From Azolla caroliniana (taxonomy: Eukaryota > Plantae > Polypodiophyta): 64,000 nt of DNA. Position 1 is the first letter of the stretch; the number at the start of each line of letters is the position of its first letter. The DNA lies in NCBI GenBank assembly GCA_043228905.1, contig JBHGNT010000009.1, forward strand, positions 17,918,001 through 17,982,000. The letters run 5' to 3'. The notes beneath the pieces are model-generated. The model was given only the letters and a program-made list of their open reading frames with translations, made no database searches and was not told the origin of the DNA. Positions 59,401-64,000 of this stretch are shown here, piece after piece. The translations under genes were made by a program, and so were the position numbers.

Positions 59401-61968
59401 GGACCCTCTCCATTATGGTCCGGTTCATCCTCTCGGCCAGCCCGTTCAGTTCCGGCGTCTTCGGCACAGTAAACTCGAGCCGGATTCCCTTCGAGCGACA
59501 GTACTCCGCGAACTGCCCCCGGTATTCTCCTCCGTTATCCGCTCGTATCGCTTTCAGCTCCTTGCCGGATTCCCTTTCCACTCTCGCGTGGAGTTCTTTG
59601 AAGACGGACAATACTTGGTCCTTTGTCTTCAACGGTGCCGTCCACAGCTTCCGGCTGTGATCATCTATGAATGTTACGAAGTACTGGGCTCCGCCATGTG
59701 ACTTCGTTTCTACCTGACACACATCAGTGTGCACCAACTCCAATGGTGCGCTACGTCTCGTCGGTGGCCTTGAGTGGAAGGAGGCTCGGTTCTGCTTACC
59801 GGCCAGGCAATCGGTGCACTTCTCCAGGTGCACATGCTTCACTGGAATAAGGTTGTCTTCTGCAAGCCTCTTCATCCCCTTCTCGCTCATGTGGCACAGT
59901 CTCTTGTGCCATAGCTCACCGGCAGTGTCAGCTGCCACGTTCAGCTCCTCCGGACATAGCCGGGAATTCATCAGGTACAGTGTGTTGATCTTCCGGGCCC
60001 GAGCCACTATCAGGCTCCCTTTGCTGAACTTCATGACACCGTTCCGGATACTACCCGTGTAGCCTTCATCGTCTAGCCTCCCGGCCGAAATCAGGTTCAA
60101 TCGAACCTCCGGAACGTGTCGTACATCTTTCAACAGCATCTTGCATCCGGTCGAGGTTGTCAACCACACGTCTCCTATGCCGGCAATCCGGCACGTACCT
60201 TCGTTTCCCATCCAGACACAGCCGTGCTCACCGGCTATGTAGGATGAGAAGTATTTCTTCTCCGGGGTCAGGTGGAACGACGCTCCGGAATCGACCACCC
60301 AGGTCATCTCTTCACCGGCAAGGTTCAGCTCCCTCTCTTCGGTAATGAGCATTATTTCTTCTTCACTTGCCGCGAGTGCCGTCGTTCCTTTCCGGTCCTG
60401 CCCTCGCCGATCCGGACCTCTCCGGCCCGTGGCTCCCCGGTATGCACCGTTTCTCTCCGGTGACTTCTTCGAATCGGTGTCGTCGGCTCCGTTGTCCTTT
60501 CGGTAATGCCGACAATTCTTCCGGAAGTGCCCCGGCTTCCCACAGTGGAAGCATGTGGGTCTTCCTCTTGACTGCGACCGGGTCCCCGACTTCTCCCGTC
60601 TTTGCGGACTCCGGTTCCATTGTCTTCCCCGTTCCGATTCGGTAAGCAGCGCCTTCGAGTCGGAGGCCGGTTCTTTATCTCTCCGACGCGCTTCTTCGTT
60701 CAAAATACTTGTCTTTACCGTTTGTAGAGACAAGTTATCTTCGGTGCAGGAGGTGTTGAGAGTCACCACCAAGTTCTCCCAGCTTTCCGGCAATGTACAC
60801 ATCAGAATGATGGCTTGCATTGCATCCTCCAGCGGGAACTTGATCGCCGCAAGCTGGTTCACGAATCCCATGAATGTGCTTACGTGTTCCACCATACTCT
60901 CGCCGTCCCGGTACTTGAGGTTCACTATCTTCCTCATCAGGGAGGTCCGGTTCAACGCATTCTTCCTCTCGTAGAGGCCCGACAGCTTCCGCCACATCTC
61001 GTATGCGTTGGTGTCGTTCGCCACATGTTGTAGAACGCTCACGTCGACGTATTGCCGAATGGTTGCAACGGCTTTCCGGTTCAGAAGCCTCCATTCCGTC
61101 TCAAGTACCCCCTTCGGTATTTCCGACCTGTCAATCGGTTCGTACAGGTCCCGAACAATCAGAAGATCCTCCATCTTGATCTTCCAGTCGGCGTAGTTCT
61201 GCGCATTCAGCACCATCATCCCCGGCTGCCCGCTGCTGCCGCCTTCCATTTTCTGCACTGCCATCGCTCTGATACCACTTTGTTGAGAATCAACGCTCCG
61301 ATTCGCCTTCACCGCTCGGCCACAACCGACAAAGCGCGAATCAATGCAGCAGAAAATAGGACACACAGAGAAAGACACGATAACACAGGGATTAACGTGG
61401 AAAACCCTATACGGGAAAAACCACGGGAGTCCTCAAACTCCAACTATCACTATGAACAGAGATGTACAATGGTGAAGCTTCAAGGCAACAACCTTGAGCT
61501 CACTGTCTTCGCCACAGGCGGCGGTAATACACAGAGGCAACGACCTCTTCGTCTCTCTCTCTTTCTCTCTCTCTCTCTCGGCTGCTCTCTTCACTCTCTC
61601 TAAGTGGGAAAAACAGAAAAATGAGTAGCAACTTACAGCAACCATAAACAGTTTGCCCTAAGTCATATTTATACACATATGACTTTCAGGCTATTTACAA
61701 ATATAGCCACAAGGGCCCTTGGCAAACATATTCACAAATATGTCCCCGCATCCGGATCTCTCTCCGGGTACATACATCATCCGGCTCCATAGCCGGGTCT
61801 TCATCATCCGGCTCCGTACCCGGGGTCTACATCATCCGGCTCCGTAGCCGGGTACTCTTCATCCGGCTTCATGCCGGGTACTCTTCATCCTCCGGTTCCG
61901 TAACCGCAACCGGGCTTGCCGTCATTCATCTCCGGACATCCCATCCGGAGGGACCGTAAATCCCAACA
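56478..61968 (-). mobile_element. Ty1/copia F, intact and very young
   Basis: 688-bp LTRs 56478-57165 and 61281-61968 with one difference seen; TSD GCCGG/ACCGG; PBS tRNA-iMet 61266-61277; PPT next to 57166. Confidence 0.97.
57176..61264 (-). CDS. F Gag-Pol polyprotein, 1362 aa
   Basis: ATG just after the PBS (the track ORF extends into the LTR); CFHCGKPGHFRKNC, VVDSGAS, WHKRLCH, IRADNGGEY, YVDD, STTEAEY, RTKHI; no interruptions. Confidence 0.96.
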   Translation of the reverse strand: MAVQKMEGGSSGQPGMMVLNAQNYADWKIKMEDLLIVRDLYEPIDRSEIPKGVLETEWRLLNRKAVATIRQYVDVSVLQHVANDTNAYEMWRKLSGLYERKNALNRTSLMRKIVNLKYRDGESMVEHVSTFMGFVNQLAAIKFPLEDAMQAIILMCTLPESWENLVVTLNTSCTEDNLSLQTVKTSILNEEARRRDKEPASDSKALLTESERGRQWNRSPQRREKSGTRSQSRGRPTCFHCGKPGHFRKNCRHYRKDNGADDTDSKKSPERNGAYRGATGRRGPDRRGQDRKGTTALAASEEEIMLITEERELNLAGEEMTWVVDSGASFHLTPEKKYFSSYIAGEHGCVWMGNEGTCRIAGIGDVWLTTSTGCKMLLKDVRHVPEVRLNLISAGRLDDEGYTGSIRNGVMKFSKGSLIVARARKINTLYLMNSRLCPEELNVAADTAGELWHKRLCHMSEKGMKRLAEDNLIPVKHVHLEKCTDCLAGKQNRASFHSRPPTRRSAPLELVHTDVCQVETKSHGGAQYFVTFIDDHSRKLWTAPLKTKDQVLSVFKELHARVERESGKELKAIRADNGGEYRGQFAEYCRSKGIRLEFTVPKTPELNGLAERMNRTIMERVRSMLAHAKLPKGFWAEAMSTATYVINRSPSVPLDGDTPQRVWTGREVSYRHLKVFGCLAYVHVAKDRRGKLDPKTRPCIFLGYGNDEFGYRVWDPVDKKIFRSRDIIFMEDKTLADWESEKKMKSSKSTGEDQLYKEQSRPARDRLALEDPAEDGEETEPAEEDENDTGTGPDPEMDSDEEESEEPVTEAPERRYPLRERRAPRRFPEPEHVLLTDEGEPENFEEAELDTHSRRWLSAMQEEMDSLHENHTYELVELPKGKRALRNKWVFKLKPGDAGNPPRYKARIVVKGFQQKKGVDFDEIFAPVVKITSIRTVLSIAASMDLEVEQMDVKTAFLHGDLEEEIYMQQPEGFEKKGKEHLVCRLKKSLYGLKQAPRQWYRKFDSFMTDEGYHKTQTDHCVFVKKFEGGDFLILLLYVDDMLIVGRDQGKIRMLKKALHRTFSMKDLGPARQILGMHIIRDRKKKQLWLSQEKYVTKVLHRFNMSEARPVGSTLPANCKLSRKQSPKTKAEKEDMMKVPYASAVGSLMYAMVCTRPDIGYAVGVVSRYMSNPGKEHWNAVKWILRYLKGTANMCLRFGSGKPELDGFTDSDMSADADTSRSTSGYVMTYAGGAVSWQSRLQKTVALSTTEAEYMAAVEAGKEIIWMKDFIRELGIRQEEYRLYCDSQSAIHLAKNAAYHSRTKHIQRRYHWIRERIEDKEFVLTKIHTDENGSDMLTKVLTPDKLEACRKRIGLERHPMPK

Positions 61969-64000
61969 ACCGGTTCATGAGTAATCCCGGCAAGGAGCAC
62001 TGGAACGCAGGCAAATGGATACTCCGGTATTTGAAGGGCACTTCAAATATGTGTATCTGATTCGGCTCCGAAAAACCTCAACTGGACGGTTTCACCAATT
62101 CGGACATGTCGGCTGATGTGGATACCAGCCGGTCTACATCCAGGTATGTGATGACATATGCAGGGGGAGTTGTTTCGTGGCAGTCGAGGCTGCAGAAGAC
62201 AATTGCATTGTCAACCACAGAGGCGGAGTACATGGCGGCTGTGGAAGCCGGCAAGGAAATATTATGGATGAAGGACTTCATCGGAGAGCTCGGTATCCGG
62301 CAAGAGGAATACCGACTCTACTGCGACAGTCAAAGTGCCATCCACCTTGCTATGAATGCGGCCTACCATTCCCGGACGAAGCATATCCAGCGGAGGTATC
62401 ACTGGATCCGGGAAAGAGTAGATGACCAGGAGTTTGCATTGACAAAGATCCACACGACCGAGAACGGGTCAAATATGCTGACCAAAGTGCTAACACCCGA
62501 CAAGCTGGACGCATGCCGGAAGAAGATCGGGTTGGTAAGACACCCCATGCCGGAGTGAAGGGGGAGTTTGTTGGGAAACAGGTCCCTCCGGATGGGAAGG
62601 GAGAAGAACAGTGCCGACGAACAAACTCAGCCGAGGCCGAAACCGTATGAGGAGGACCCGGCTACGGAGAGCCGGATGGTGCAGGCCCGGTATGAGCCTG
62701 ATGAGGAGTACCCGGTTACGGAGAGCCGGATGGTGCAGACCTGGCATGAACCGGATGAGGAGTACCCGGCTACGGAGAGGCGGATGGTGCAGACCCGGTA
62801 TGAACCAGATGAGGAGTACCCGGTTACGGAGAGCCGGATGGTGCAGACCCGGTATGAACTGGAGGAAGAGACATATTCGTAAATATGTTTCTGAGAGCCC
62901 ATTGTGGCTATATTCGTAAATAGCCGAAAAGTCATATTAGTATAAATATGACTTAGGGCAAACTAATATGTAGGGTTGTTGTTATTTTTCTTGTTGGTGC
63001 AAGAAGAAGAGATAGTACGTAACGTTGTACAGAGAGAGAGAGAAAGAGGTCGATGCCTCTGTTGTAACCGCCGCCTGTGGCGAAGATCGTGAGTCCGAGG
63101 TCGTTGCCTCCGTGAACTCACTGTTTTGTACATTCATACATAGTGACAGTTTGCAGCCTGTGGGCTGCCGTGGTTTTTCCCCTAGTTTGGGGTTTTCCAC
63201 GTAAACCTCCTGTGTACCATTTCTCTTCTTTGTGTCACGTTTCATTACCTATTTTTCTGTGTATGAAAAGAATCTCGGTTGTGGTCGAGTCTTGCACATA
63301 AGGAACGTCCAGTTCCTAACAAGCACCTCGAGCACCTCCGCGTGGATGCTCGGCGTCACCACTCAAGGGAATCTTGACAACCGTCTGTCCTCCGGGATCT
63401 CCCTCATGATCATTTCGGCCCGATAGGCCTCCAAATAGCTTCTGGTATTCTTCCCACCGAATCGGCCTATGGTGCCGACAATCGATTCTATGTCCCTATC
63501 AAGGGCACTCGTTCCCTCACGAGCACTAACTAGCCGGTTGACGACTACTGCCATAGCTTCAGCAAGCTCGGATCCCCTCATCTTCAACTCCTTTGCCACC
63601 TTCTTTCACGCCGAGTTCACCAAATATGTCGTATTGTTACACTCTCACGTGTGAAATGAGGCAGGACCGCGGGGGCCCTGAACCAAGGAGCGTGAGAAAG
63701 GAGAGGGAGAGCGATTCATGGAAACAGAGAGAGAGAGAGACAGGAGCGGAAAATTCAATTACAACGTCAACAACGATTACAACGGGCAAGCCGGCAACTG
63801 ACCCAAAACGGAGGTTCCACGCACACACACGGACGACACAGAGAACGCACGGTGGAGCCTCTGCTGGAAGCACACGGGCTTACACACAGCAGAAGCAACC
63901 GACACGGAAACGTAGTGGAGAGCAACGGTGGAGGAGAGAGCTCGGTCCCCAATCCAACAACACTTCATCCTCACCAAAACGCGATACTTTCTTCTCCTTC

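Larger units (their letters stand above)
53072..62558 (+). pseudogene. E gag-pol pseudogene (53072-56477 and 61974-62558)
   Basis: Gag, CCHC, PR (DSEAS, mutated from DSGAS), IN, RT (YVDD), RH; 12-aa deletion relative to F near 54238; frameshift near 55890; stop near 62058; split by F. Confidence 0.92.
52253..63321 (+). mobile_element. Ty1/copia E (Tork/Tnt1-like), defective, interrupted by F
   Basis: LTRs 52253-53019 and 62569-63321; TSD AGCAC (52248-52, 63322-26); PBS TGGTATCAGAGC (tRNA-iMet, 53022-33); PPT GAGTGAAGGGGGAG. Confidence 0.96.
24907..64000 (-). mobile_element. Ty3/gypsy Y, decayed host split into 24907-25085, 32155-34577, 49910-52252 and 63322-63626; PBS 63606-63622; 5' LTR from 63627 runs off the window
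   Basis: Removing A, D and E with one TSD copy each restores collinear RLLPYVLWAD, DPSLRQSGGIGH and HAEVLEVLAGC; gag-PR-RT-RH-IN order kept; PBS TGGTGAACTCGGCGTGA. Confidence 0.9.

Noticed and set aside
61265-61378. N-terminal 38 aa of the 1400-aa ORF
   Set aside because: Lies in the LTR and PBS; the ATG at 61264 is the plausible start
22606-64000. Treating the LTRs at 22606 and 63627 as the pair of one element
   Set aside because: They are only distantly similar and the internal region carries a duplicated integrase

Overview
Eukaryotic genomic DNA, most likely from a non-seed land plant (inferred from the transposon lineages and plant-type tRNA and enolase sequences). 1-17.5 kb is AT-rich and old. 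It holds a ~590-bp repeat in three copies, a ~1.15-kb tandem repeat carrying four decayed tRNA-Arg genes, a spliced enolase pseudogene fragment, a decayed Copia, a possible small host ORF, satellites and a decayed LTR. 17.5-64 kb is one nested retroelement stack. A minus-strand LINE is interrupted by Ty3/gypsy X (3' part), which is fused to Ty3/gypsy Y. Y hosts an intact young Ty3/gypsy A (25086-32154), a decayed Ty3/gypsy D (34578-49909) whose 5' LTR hosts an intact Tcn1-like chromovirus G (42984-48762), and a defective Copia E (52253-63321) that hosts an intact Copia F (56478-61968). The main findings are: (1) the A/D/Y lineage has a tRNA-Trp PBS, an FLDD RT motif, 4-bp ACGT-type TSDs, and a conserved -1 frameshift cassette (GGATTTT plus a covarying stem or pseudoknot) located after the protease; (2) G has a GTTAAAC -1 frameshift signal and a Tf1-type self-priming PBS; (3) the two Copias appear to have swapped the N-terminal part of Gag; (4) the D LTRs carry a variable-copy 105-bp structured repeat array. 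All calls come from manual reading, with no database searches.
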